64,000 bases of DNA from Oopsacas minuta (Eukaryota > Animalia > Porifera), in NCBI GenBank assembly GCA_024704765.1, contig JAKMXF010000199.1, forward strand, positions 186,001 through 250,000, in the 5' to 3' direction. The translations under genes were made by a program, and so were the position numbers. Every line of letters begins with the position of its first letter. The first letter of the stretch is position 1. Positions 38,542 through 49,699 of this stretch are shown here, piece by piece. The notes beneath the pieces were generated by a model. That model made no database searches. It had not been told where the DNA came from and saw nothing but the letters and a program-made list of their open reading frames with translations.

Positions 38542-39891
38542 CATGTTAATCTAAAGGATTATCTCTAATCAATGTATTGAGGGCTAGATAATCCTTTAGA
38601 TTAACATGTTAATCGGTTCCCAGACTGAAATGATGTGCTACACCCTGCAAGAACTCCATTTTAGAACGATCTGGAGAATAATATTCACGAACTAGAGTCT
38701 TCAACGCTTCCTCACTCTGTTAGGACCGCCTCCGCTTGGTTGGTGGCTTGCCAACAAGGTAGTTAGTATGCCGTCCCTCCACTAGGCCCTGCTCACGCTT
38801 GAGGGAGAGGATAAACTTCCATATGGTAGGGTGATGGCAGCCGACAGTGGCATTGAAGCTGCGGTGCCATGCCTCTACGGGCGTTGGTTGTACGATGTGG
38901 TTGTTCTACAGGTGAATAGGGTACGTCGCCGCTACATGATATCCGCTGGCAACTGTGCGGCCGACATACGTCCTCTCAAAGTAGTCGACTAGTTCGCCAA
39001 TCTCAGGCGTAAAGGGGAGGTCCCTTGCCACTTGATCAAACAGATCGGGTACGTCTGCCGGTCGGGCAAAAGCAAGGGCTGGTATCCTCCGGATGCGCAT
39101 AGCCAACTCTTCGTCATGTGTGTAGGCAGACTGCACATGCCGCCAGATATTCTGTGTAAGGTGGAAGAAGCAGCACTTCATTACTGTATTAGGCCAGACA
39201 TGCTCAAAGCTGGTAATCGCGCCCTTCTCAAAGTCCAGGAGCATCTGTTGAGGCTGGGCAAGTGGACACAGTAGGCGGATCTGTTCCCACATCCTCAGGT
39301 AGGCAGCCTCCGTCTTGCTGGGCAGTAGCACGAACAGGCTCGGTAACAGATGACCGGTCTTCATAGGATCATCTCCTCCACGGAGTCCATGCACCACATG
39401 CACCTGGGCGAAGAGGGGAGGTGCCGTCTTGAAGGTGCCATCAACTAGCCAGATCTTGCTTCGCTGCAGCATCCCGAGGTTGTGTTGTGTCGCGAAGATG
39501 AGGAATCTGTGTACATCGTCTGTACCATAGTCGTAGAGTAAGAACTGTTCTCCCTTGGCTGTCTGCTGGTAGACTGCTGGTAGAGCTAGCTCTACTAGAG
39601 TGGTAGGCTGTGCTGGAGCTGCAAGTACACTAGCACGTTGGCGTTGTATCGTCCGCTTCAGGCTGTCCAGTTTGGGGAGTTTAGCAGCAGTACCCTCTGA
39701 TGCTGTTGGCAAACTCTCGCCCACTATGTGGTGTGTGCTATCCTGGGACTTCCGTGCTTTCCTCTTCATGCCTGCTTTCGCTTCACAACAGCCCGCTGCC
39801 TGCTCGTCAGGCCCATGGGAGTGCTCATTCGTGCGCTTGACTATCACCATCCCTTCAAAATGAACTCTAGCTTTGCAGACCCCTCTTTGCT
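37259..39891. repeat. Giant inverted repeat: two 1306-bp arms, 21-bp spacer
   Basis: All mirrored ORF coordinates sum to 77150 (no indels); main and shadow ORFs translate identically; arms 37259-38564 and 38586-39891. Confidence 0.97.
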
Positions 39892-40018
39892 CACACAACC
39901 AATGCGTCACATCCCCAACTCTCCTCTGCACACCAAATAAATATCCATTCTCCGACAGCTTACCTCCTCCTCTTTGTGACTTGATCAGCCTAAAGGTCGG
40001 CTGATCAAGAGGTTCCAC
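38609..40018 (-). pseudogene. FLYWCH-MULE transposase (parental copy); GTG at the start position, two premature stops
   Basis: FLYWCH (SQRGGGKLSENGYLF...HWLCEQRGVCKARV...HSH), LVDGTFK, LLDFEKG, CFFHLTQNIWR, DYFERTY, PVEAWHRSFN. Confidence 0.92.
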
Positions 40019-42144
40019 TATTAAGGATTATTAAATTTCAAAGACAATGTAATAAGTAATATTGTGAAAACGAATCTGAGTTTGAACTAGATCATTTTCT
40101 ATTTATGTCCGAGGATTGCAAATATCACAGGTGATTACACCCTGTTTACTACATTCTTCTTTACCAAGTATAGCCCAAGAGTATTTACTTCGTGTGTGTT
40201 TACTTAATACTTACTATAGCAATCTTTGGAATTCATATCATTAAAGTGATTCATGGAATCATGTCACTAAAATTAGAATTATCTATCCAATTAAGACCTT
40301 CCGTGGCAGATATAATTATTAGATAATTGATTATTTATGTGTACTTAGATTAAATTAATTAACTAATATCATATCAAATTGACCAATCAAATTAGGTGCG
40401 AATTGTCGTGGTGCGAATTATCGGTATCCGGAAATCTTGGTGTGTGGACCCAGCAAATTCTTTTGGTTAAGCCTAGATGCTAGTAGTTCGGAAGCAGCCT
40501 TTGACAAGCAAGATCACGAACCAAGTCATTTAACTCTTCCTGGTTGAATGTTTACAGTGGTTTAGATTTGATAAATTCTTCATCTCCACTCTCATCAGGT
40601 GACTCCACATCATCAATATTTTCTGGTTCTGGATCAGGTAAAAATTGATAGCAACCAGTTATTACAGGTTCAAGTTCAAGATTTTTCCAAATTGAAATCG
40701 GAATTTCATCACTATGTTGAACCGGCCTTATTGCGGAAGGTATAGAGGAATATTGTATTCTTGATTTGTTCTCCTGATTGAAACCTAGTGTTTTGACCAT
40801 ACAGAAGTAGCAATCATCATAATGGTTTGTCGGTCTTCTCCATATCATAGGAATTCCAAATGGCATTGACTTTAGTTTGTTACGTGACCAGTTATATAAA
40901 TTCATGAAGCATTTCTGACAAACTATATGTGGTGACCACTCTTTGTCTTGGCCGCCCAATTACATTCCAAAATACGCATGGTATAAATTGCGTACTGTAT
41001 CATCTATCGCCCGTTTCTGTGTCTGGAATGTTAACTCTCCACAAAATATAGCAGACACTATTCGGATCATTAGAAAATTTCCACCTTGAAGATGCCATAA
41101 AACAATTCGCTAAAATATAAATTAATGTTAATATCTTACCATATACTCTCTATATATAGTGACTATAAGCCTACTATATAGCATGCATAAGAATAACACT
41201 ATTCTATTAATATCTCAGCTAAAGTTAGGATTCCTTATACTATGAATGGAATTTATAAGATAAATGTGCCTTGACTCCGAATAAACAGAGTTTTGGAACG
41301 CCCAAATATCTAGTCATAGAAAACACAATAGCAAGGAATATAATGTGTGCTAGAAACACCGTTAAACAACAAATTATATAATTACAACTTGGGAATACTA
41401 GGCCTAGATGAAACTATGCACAAAAATTACGAAACATCAATATCAAAAAATCTGGACATGATGGGCACAAATGGATGGCGTTTTTGGCCTCAGAGGCCAA
41501 AAGTTAATTAGAAAAAATCAATGGGATAGTTTGTGTAAAAATGCTGTTGCCCAGTGTAATACATAATATCAAAGACAAAATACAAGACTACACGATGAAA
41601 TGCCGAATGTGGAAATATAATTGAGAGGCCATGATTTAAGTATCGTGAAAATTTAAATTAATGATATGAATAAATATAAGCAAAATATTGTAACTCAAAG
41701 AACCTCCCACTATATTTATGGATAAGCAGAAAAGTACAAAATTTCAGATAAAGAGATTATATTTCCAATAGCAAATAATAAATCTTTGGGCACCTCAGAG
41801 CATAGCAAAAAGATTTGAGTTTGAGATTTAGACATTTCTCAAAACTATTAACAATATATCTAAACCGAAAATCATCCAACACATTTTATGTTTAAATAAT
41901 GCATATTGATAAATGAGTTATTCAAGGTCTCTGGGATTATTCAGGAAAGTAAAACATCAACTTGGACAATATTTGTAATTGAGAAAACTTTAATAATTTA
42001 GTATTTCAGCATGGAAAATGCAATGCTGAAAAGGATGGGGAAAATGCACTGCTCCTGATACATAAAACCTGTGCATTACTTAGTCAACACTGCCCTCCCC
42101 CCCAAATCAAGAGTAAATATGACGCCATAATAAATAGAACTCAC

Positions 42145-43010
42145 CTAAATTCTCTTAATATCGAAGTAGAGTTTACTTGATTTGCTATATTTATTAGGAT
42201 GTCAAGTTTAATCATCTTAACATGTGTAGGCTCGTCTGTAGTGATATAAAATAATCTCAAAAAAGGTTCAAACAATCCTGGAGTATTTGCGGATATTGTT
42301 GCAATATTAGTCAAAACAATAGTACGAATCTCACGATGTGATTTAAGCAGTCTTGTTATAGGTCGGACTACCACTGCTAGTTCATTTTTAGGAGCTATGT
42401 GATAATATAATTGAACTACAGCTAATACGACAGACGAATTTCGGCTATGTAAAAGAGATTTAGCAGCACTTAGCAATAATCGATGATCAGGGTCCATGTT
42501 AACTGTAGGAGAAATAGATTGCTGCTCGTGCAAGACGAGTGAACCTTCAGAGCTAGATTCAGAACTGGAGTAAAAATGTTGATCACTGGGAGTAGTATCC
42601 AATCTGTTCGGGTCTAAAAATTGAGTACGGGCATAACGGGTGAGCATATTTAGTACAAAAACCTGGCCCCATTCATCAATATCAGGAAGAACGTTACATA
42701 GTTTGCGATAGTTTTGATGAATAAAAACAATTCTATCCGGACAAACTTGCTCGAAAGCAACTATTGCACCTCCAACTACCATAGTAAACTGATCTTTCAT
42801 AAGTTTTTCAATCACGTCAATTAACTGATCTTTTAGTGATGGATCAAGTGAGTGTAGTTTAGGGATAGAATGAGCAACTGTTTTCCGTACAAAGGGACTC
42901 ATGTCTTGAGCGGAGTCCTTGATGGCCAACATTACAATGGGGGCAATCATTGGGACCCTAATACTGGAAAGAACCCTAAGGGCACAGGAGCGAATAAGTT
43001 GATTAGAATC
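42145..43010 (-). CDS. AP3B1: AP-3 complex subunit beta, exon 2 of 3 (Adaptin_N repeats)
   Basis: Acceptor ttttAG at 43012-43011. DSNQLIRSCALRVLSSIRVPMIAPIVMLAIKD...SPFVRKTVAH...DEWGQV...ILREF; donor AG|GTGAGT at 42144 (phase 2, joins exon 3 in frame). Confidence 0.95.
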
Positions 43011-43101
43011 CTAAAACGGATAAAAATATTAAAAATAGAATGAAACACTCCCTTGTATTGAATTGATATAGAAAGTGCCATAAAAAATAACAAGAATCAT
43101 A

Positions 43102-43192
43102 TATCCGTAATCACATAGTATAATTTCGATAGTTATTGATATCAGGGGATTATATCTATAACTATCGAAATTATACTATGTGACTACGGATA
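43102..43192. repeat. 91-bp hairpin (35-bp arms, 21-nt loop) near the intron 1 acceptor
   Basis: tatccgtaatcacatagtataatttcgatagttat ... ataactatcgaaattatactatgtgactacggata; one mismatch. Confidence 0.9.
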
Positions 43193-43451
43193 ATATAATT
43201 CATGTTACTACATATATATTCGGATGGTAGGTGGCTGATTATATAGTTGAAAGCAAAAAACTAAATTCAATAACTATGAATGTGAAGGTTTTCGCTATGT
43301 AAAAACTAGAAAAAGAAATATTTCAATTGAACTGAAATGTGTAGTATTTATAAAGTAATATCTTGGTAGTCAAAAAATTATTTAACTACAGTAGATAACC
43401 AAATAAGGATAGTATCGAGACCAAGAAGATATATTTCTATTTGGGGTATAA

Positions 43452-43482
<31 letters not shown>

Positions 43483-44048
43483 TATACGATGTAATCAAAG
43501 TATTCTAGAATTTTAAGGACTAATATTACATATCCCTAAAATATTCCTATTTGGTAATTTCATCTCAGTGTAAATGCTGTATCTGATTTAATTCGTGACC
43601 ATAATGATGAATCTGACGTCATAATTTTTGCAAGAAAAGAATGTTAAGTAAAACAATAAAGCACAGAGTTTAGGTCACTGATTGTTTAAATTATTTTATG
43701 AAAAGGAAACCATTTACCAAGTTCTATTTTAGCTAAATCCGGCTACATATTAAGAATTTACATATCGGAATTACCCTATATCCATTTTTCTAAAGATTGG
43801 GATAATTTTATGATAAAAACTGAACAAGTAGTGACACAATTAGTACACATGAAAGATATGTTGTGGTCGAATACTTTTGCTCTTTAACTGTGCATCTACA
43901 TAAAACATACATAATATCAATATACAGGGAAGGCGAGAGAGAACAGGCTAAAAAATAATTGGTTTCACTCAGAAACGATAAAAGAGAACATAATTACGTA
44001 AAAAGAATAAAACATAAAATATATGTATATTTCATTCAATATAATATA

Positions 44049-44330
44049 CTAGAGCGCTTGGTAAGTGCCCAGGTTAGCTTAAGTATTAATGAATTAAAGA
44101 GCTAAATTTTATAGTGTTATTGGTCGCTGCGAAACAGAATATATTCGAAAATATGGAAATTTAGAGATTTAGATTTTTGTACAGTCATGATGAAGTAATA
44201 ATTCTATGATGAGTTTGTGTTTGGTCAAAATCATGAAGTCAGGAAATTTTAAACATTGAGCAAACTCACAATTAAGTCAAATTGGTAATAGTTATCACAT
44301 CAAAATGTATTACAAGGATGTGGGAAGTCT
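44049..44330 (-). mobile_element. Partial copy of the Helitron-like family
   Basis: CTAG terminus at 44049, then ccaggttagcttaag...gtgttattggtcgctgcg shared with 13700-13780. Confidence 0.5.
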
Positions 44331-44394
44331 GGTACATACTATAAATTGACTGTACTGATTTGGCAATAGTTTCGACGATTAACAAATTCTAATA

Positions 44395-44710
44395 GGATGC
44401 TCACAATAATGTGTCCAAACGGTAGCCCGCGAGACCATTCGCTGTCGCCCGCGGACAATCATATAATACATGTTTATCAGCGGAAATTTTCCCAAATTGA
44501 CAACCCACGCAGCAAAAATATTTTCACTCTTGGAAACACATATTTATGTGATCAGATGTTCTCCTGCATGAAGTATATAAAATCTACAATAATATCAACC
44601 ATCACTGATTCACTTTTGGAGCAATGTCTTCGTCTAGCAACGACTGATATAGAAGCAGATATTGATTTTTTAGTTAAATCCAAGGAGTATCATCACTCTC
44701 ATTAGCTAAA
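44395..44710 (+). pseudogene. hAT (SPIN/GTF2IRD2-like) internal-deletion derivative keeping the C-terminal dimerisation domain
   Basis: NTYLCDQMFSCMKYIKS...TDSLLEQCLRLATTDIEADIDFLV...HHSH, preceded by a hAT-type subterminal ggtagcccgcg motif. Confidence 0.7.
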
Positions 44711-44932
44711 TTTCGTAGGTTAGGTAGATTTTTCTGCGGTGATATTCTTCTATGAACAGTACATAGTACCCAAATCTAGGTTTAGTTCTATTGTCCACTT
44801 GCTAGAAAACAAGCTGAGTTTAAAAGAGACATCAAATGATTCGAATCCATTTAAATGATTATAATTTAAGTCAATAACCTTAATTTTCAAGTAGAATCCA
44901 TTGTTAATGCAATATCAGGTAAAATGGTTTAA

Positions 44933-45850
44933 CTAGAAAATCGCTTGCTTGGTCGCTGCGCGACGAGCGAATATCCTTGGCTTCGTCCTTTGTTTTAGCA
45001 TAAGTATGAAACAACTACATTTGTCAGTTCTATTGGATCGCTACGTGATGGGATACCTGGGGCGTAACTAGAGATCCAAGAGAGAGTTGGCAAGGATGGA
45101 TATTTGCCTCAATGCTAGATAAGCCCTAGGATATACTCGGTACCAGAAATGGAACCGGTCAGGCCTTGACCGACTGACCAGTTGGATCTGGTACGAGTCG
45201 AGTTCTGAATGGATTATGACTATAAATTGTGTATTAAGGCGTACCTAAATTCAATAATTGTTTCGCTAGAATAATTATAGTTAGAATTGTTAGCATTGAT
45301 TAAGCGCTGTGTAATAATTGTTGTTAGTAGACATTGACCGGTTGGCTCGAGTAGAGTTTCAAATTACACCGCTCGGGTCGGGTTATGGAAAAGCAGGCCG
45401 ATTCCATTTCTGCTCGGAACTACGTGTATCGAGAGAAATTTTTCTGATTTATTAAGTTTATATTATCCATAGTCAATCTAAAACCATCTATGGCATTCTG
45501 TGAAAACATTCAATTCTGGTAAAGTCGTAATTACATGATAATTTCATGATGTGTATGCAATTGTTCAATGTAATGACGCAGGGCATTTGGCATATTGTGG
45601 GGTACATGTGATTCAAACTTCGACCGTCTATCATAAATATTGGCTGAGCAGGCTAATATTGTGATTTTTCGATCACAATAATTAGCCTGATTAAAATTTG
45701 ACAATGACGTCAAAACTTCGTCATTCGTGCGAATTTTTGTCCAACACTCAAACCTGTCCGAGCCAGGGTCAAAATACCCCTCTTGGCCAAATCAGCACTG
45801 GGTCTTCTAGTTTGGTTCACCAATCCCGAACACAGAAACAAAAATAAATA
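44933..45850 (-). mobile_element. Copy of the Helitron-like family, interrupted by a hAT MITE
   Basis: rc end gtcgcgcagcgacc...CTAG at 44933; 45690-45810 resembles the reverse complement of 62500-62620. Confidence 0.45.
45145..45412. mobile_element. hAT-type MITE (268 bp)
   Basis: TIRs cagaaatggaa(c/t)cgg; 8-bp TSD CTCGGTAC/CTCGGAAC. Confidence 0.8.
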
Positions 45851-45864
45851 TATACATATATGCA

Positions 45865-46404
45865 CAATCAACTTCGCTTAATCGGGACTCATCGGTTCTA
45901 GCTCTTTTGCCCCAATTAAGCGGAATTCCGAATTACCCGGAGATTTTCTAAAAATAATAATACTAAAGAGCAGCACTATTCTATTTTTCAGTCGCAGAGT
46001 CCCATAAACCAAGTTAACCACTCTATGGTTGAGCAAAACCCATCCAATGTAAAAACTTCAACATTTTCGGATTCTTTAGTACCCCCCCTGAATCATAATG
46101 ATAACAAACACTAGTAAATAGAATTTGATTTGGCTAAATTAATCCCAATTTTAGTCTATATCTATCTAAATTTCGTACATGTACCTAACTTATTAGAATT
46201 TCCTAACTCAAGATAAATTTCTTCTCGATTGAGTAACAAATTTTCACTCGATAAGCACAATTTGTCCCGATAATGCAGAGTTTGTCCCGATTAACCGAAA
46301 ATATTTAATTTTAACTTTAATGGAGATGATTCTGCTTCTGGAAATTCGTCCCAATTACGCGGATTTCCCGAGTAACCGGTGTCCTAATTAAGCGGAGTTG
46401 ACTG
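45865..46404. mobile_element. Tc1/pogo-type MITE
   Basis: TIRs ca(a/g)tcaact(t/c)cgcttaat; the right end is followed by TA and a (TA)n tract. Confidence 0.7.
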
Positions 46405-47081
46405 TAGACATATATATATATATATATATATATATTTGTATAGATTAATTGCGCTCAAACATTAAGAAATGTGTTGCAACTTAATCTGTATTATTTACCC
46501 ATAGTAACATAGAACCTAAGGGAACGTTGACAGCATTACAAATTTGTAGGGCTTCGTTAGTACATGTTATGAAGTGATTTTAGGAAATGTAGTTTGGAGC
46601 TATCATTCAAATACCCACAAAAGCACTATTTATTAGGTATTTGAATGATAGTTATATAGATAGCAACTCAATCTATAGTATTTACATATAAGAAATCGAC
46701 CCTGAGGAACAATTTACACATTTGCATAGTTGCTATTCATACGGAACTAAACATGATATCAAATATATCATTACCTTTGTGTGATTTATCTTTGAATATT
46801 GATCGATATAATATATTGATATTTAGCAAAGATAAATGATTGCCATAAACTCGAATACATATACGTATAAACTATAGATAGATTAGAAATATTTTTCAGA
46901 TGACATTGTCATTTGAAAAATATTTACAACAGAAATGGGAATATAGGTGGAAGAAAAAGGAATGACAAGAAAAAGAAATTCGGACTAATGGGAAATAGCC
47001 AAACAAACTTGTCGATGATGCCAATTGTTTCCTAAGAGTCGATTTCCTATAGGTAAATGATACAGATAGAGTTGCTACATA

Positions 47082-48436
47082 CAGTGCCGGTCAAAAAGAA
47101 TTGCTCAGAATAAATTTACCCCAATTTCTTATATCTATGACTGATTTTAACAATAATGCTTTATTATAATCAAGTAAATTGTTGTTAGTATTTAGTAAAA
47201 CCTCCTCTTGCTTGAAATACAGCTTTACATCTTTGCTGCATACTCTCAATTAGAGTATGGAGCCTGTTAATGTCGATGCTATCCCAAGTGCTTAATATGG
47301 CATTCCACAACTCTGAGTAGTTGGATGGGCTTTTCTCTTGAATTCTGAGGGAAATGTGATCCCAAAGATTCTCAATCGGATTTAGATCAGGTGACTGAGC
47401 AGGCCAATTCATAACTTCTATTTTTGCTCACCAACCATTGCTTAGACCCTTTGACCTATGGCATGGGGCGTTGTCTTAATGAAAGGTCCATCCAGAATGT
47501 TGAGAATGCAAATCAACGCTTGGGATTAGTGCATTTTCCAATATATCAATGTAGGAATTTGTCTTGAGGTTCCAAGATACTTTCCACAAGAGTCCTACGC
47601 CACTCCAGCAAAAGCATCCCCAAACCATGATGCCACCTCCACCAAACTTGCAAGTTTTTGAAGACCCCTTTCTGAGAACTCCTCCCTTTCATCCTCCTGA
47701 CGTAGGCTCTCCCGTCATTAGTATACAGAAGGAACCTAGATTCGTCACTGAACACAACTCTTGCCCATTCTTCAGTATTCCAATACTTGTTCGATCTTGT
47801 GAAGGAAAGTCGGTCTCTTTTGTGCTTGGTAGTAAGGCGGGGCTTCCTTCGCGGTTTTCGTCCGAACAGTCCAGCCCCTGGTAACCTTCTCTGAACAGTT
47901 GAAGTGGAAAGTTTTATCGAATATTCTGATAACACTTCAGCTTTGATCTGAGTAGCAATCTTAAATCGATCCTTTTTGCATTTTCTGACCAATAAATTGT
48001 CTTGCCTTTTGGTTGTGACACGAGGCCTACCCAGAATAGCGAGGTCTCTTACCGTGCCAGTCAGTCTGTGTTTCTTAAGCATCTCGGCTACACTTTTTTG
48101 GCTACACCCAACCATTTTAGCTACCTCCCTCTGAGTATGGCCACTTTCTGAAAGTAGTATTAGGTTGGCTCGATTTTCAATGGAAATTCGGGGTTTAGAA
48201 GGTGTTGAAAATTCGATAAAACAGATAAATTGGAAAAAAAAAAAGAATACAAAATAAAAACTGTAAGATGTGCAAATATAATGAGTGGATTAGCTGTGCA
48301 GTGTTGGTGTGTTACTTGTCAAAATACATATGGCTGAGTATGGTTTCGCAGAATTCAACTATCTGGTCAGTGTATACAATTTGACATTTACTATACTGCA
48401 TACATTCATCTTGAGCAATTCTTTTGACCGGCACTG
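47082..48436 (-). mobile_element. Tc1-like DNA transposon (1355 bp), disrupted DD34E transposase at about 48200-47185
   Basis: TIRs cagtgccggtcaaaa(a)gaattgctca, TA TSDs, motifs GRPRVTT, VVFSDESRF, *DNAPCH, WPAQSPDLNPIENLW. Confidence 0.93.
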
Positions 48437-49699
48437 TATTACTAAAAGTTGGAATAATCTAAAATTTCAGATTAAATAATAATGCAATATTGTGGATCCA
48501 AAGACAAAATCATCAAACTCATATGGAATGTTCGGGAACCAAAACAACTGTGTATACAATGAAATACACAGATAATTTATAATGAAAATCTCCGAATGCC
48601 ATCCCATGGTTCAGGTTCCACCTTAACACTTGCTTTCATTTACAGAATTAACACAAGCAATGACCTGAAATCAAAAATTAGCTCTTTCTATAGGATTACT
48701 TGTGGTTTTTACCATAAATAGAGTAAAATGTAAAAGAGTCTAAACAAAATTACCACTGTTATCACAAGTATAACAATTAGTGGATTTGAAATATTGGATA
48801 AATCAGTGTCAAGCCACGAAAATTCAATATTTTGTGACATAATAATTTAGAAACCACATGAGGAAATGATTTGAAATTTGACCATACATGTGGCTGGTTA
48901 GTAGCCTCTCACACCCTAATTATTAGACAAATCTGAGGAGGTTGGTGAAATGGTAGGATAATCTAACTTGGGATTCCTCATATGATACCCTTAGTATGTT
49001 TCTGTGTTGAGTCTTGAAATTGCTATTTAGTGAAGTAGTCGTTTGCGGAAACAAGATAGCATAGTTCCAGCTTCAAATTGAGTTAAAGGACAAATGAATG
49101 TGAAGTTATGTAAATATACAATCAGCCGATTCTCGTGGCCCCCTGTAGAATTAAACATTAAATAGTTAAGTTAACATGGTGAGAATGGTAATATGCCTCA
49201 ATGAATTTGTCAGGATGAACAGTGTGGTGAGAGATGATATCCTGGGAATTTAAGCCAAAGAGTCAATTCAACGAATGCAAACCACTTATTATCCCATTTC
49301 AGTCTCGTTGACCTACACAATATTCTCATTAACTAAAATCTTAAAGTCTTTCCCACTTATATATAAAGTCTGGTTCCAAATCCTGAAAAGCGGGCTAGAA
49401 ATACGGTGTTAAGGGATCGATCATTTTGGGAACAAGTGATATAAGGGAATTCGAACCTGGTGAGTTGGAAAATCACTCAACCTGAAATATGCGATATTGA
49501 CTATCAAAGATAATTGTCAGATATGTTCAATGATGTGATAATTACTTCAAAGACGTACGATAGTGCCATTAAAGGAACAGTCTTGAATGGGTATAGTTAA
49601 ACAATGTCTAGGAATCCTTTCGTAATCCACATGCACAAGGAAGAACAAATACTTATCCTAAAAAGATTCCTCTTGAAAAATGCATTTTGCATCAGATGC

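Larger units (their letters stand above)
36024..40430 (-). mobile_element. Mutator-like element (FLYWCH-MULE) with an internal inverted duplication
   Basis: TIRs built on gacaattcgcacc(taatt.gattggtcaa); 9-bp TSD GAAATCTTG (36015-36023, 40431-40439). Confidence 0.9.
34645..41556 (-). mobile_element. Chapaev3-type transposon (transposase ATG 41098 to about 34950) carrying a nested MULE
   Basis: Termini CACAGGGTTACA and (rc) CACTGGGCAACA with similar subterminal blocks, TSD TAA on both sides, Chapaev3 motifs (QDKEWSPHIVC, CVDLKMV, PPLHIKLG, SDEQGEQFHQDI). The frame rejoins across the insertion as NLLGPHTKISCYRHREQEF. Confidence 0.92.

Noticed and set aside
36979-38564. piggyBac-like ends (TTAA-CCCTTTAG at about 36981; CTAAAGGATTAT near the palindrome centre)
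   Set aside because: Only about 12/16 match, the right-hand TTAA is absent, and there is no piggyBac coding sequence; may be chance in AT-rich DNA.
37165-40018. Two convergent 359/370-aa ORFs as a functional two-gene system
   Set aside because: They are one sequence duplicated; both stop prematurely at the same codon, and the plus-strand N-terminus (37165-37258) is not genuine coding sequence.
46408-46438. (TA)n microsatellite, and (TC)n(TA)n at about 43452-43482
   Set aside because: Ordinary simple repeats.
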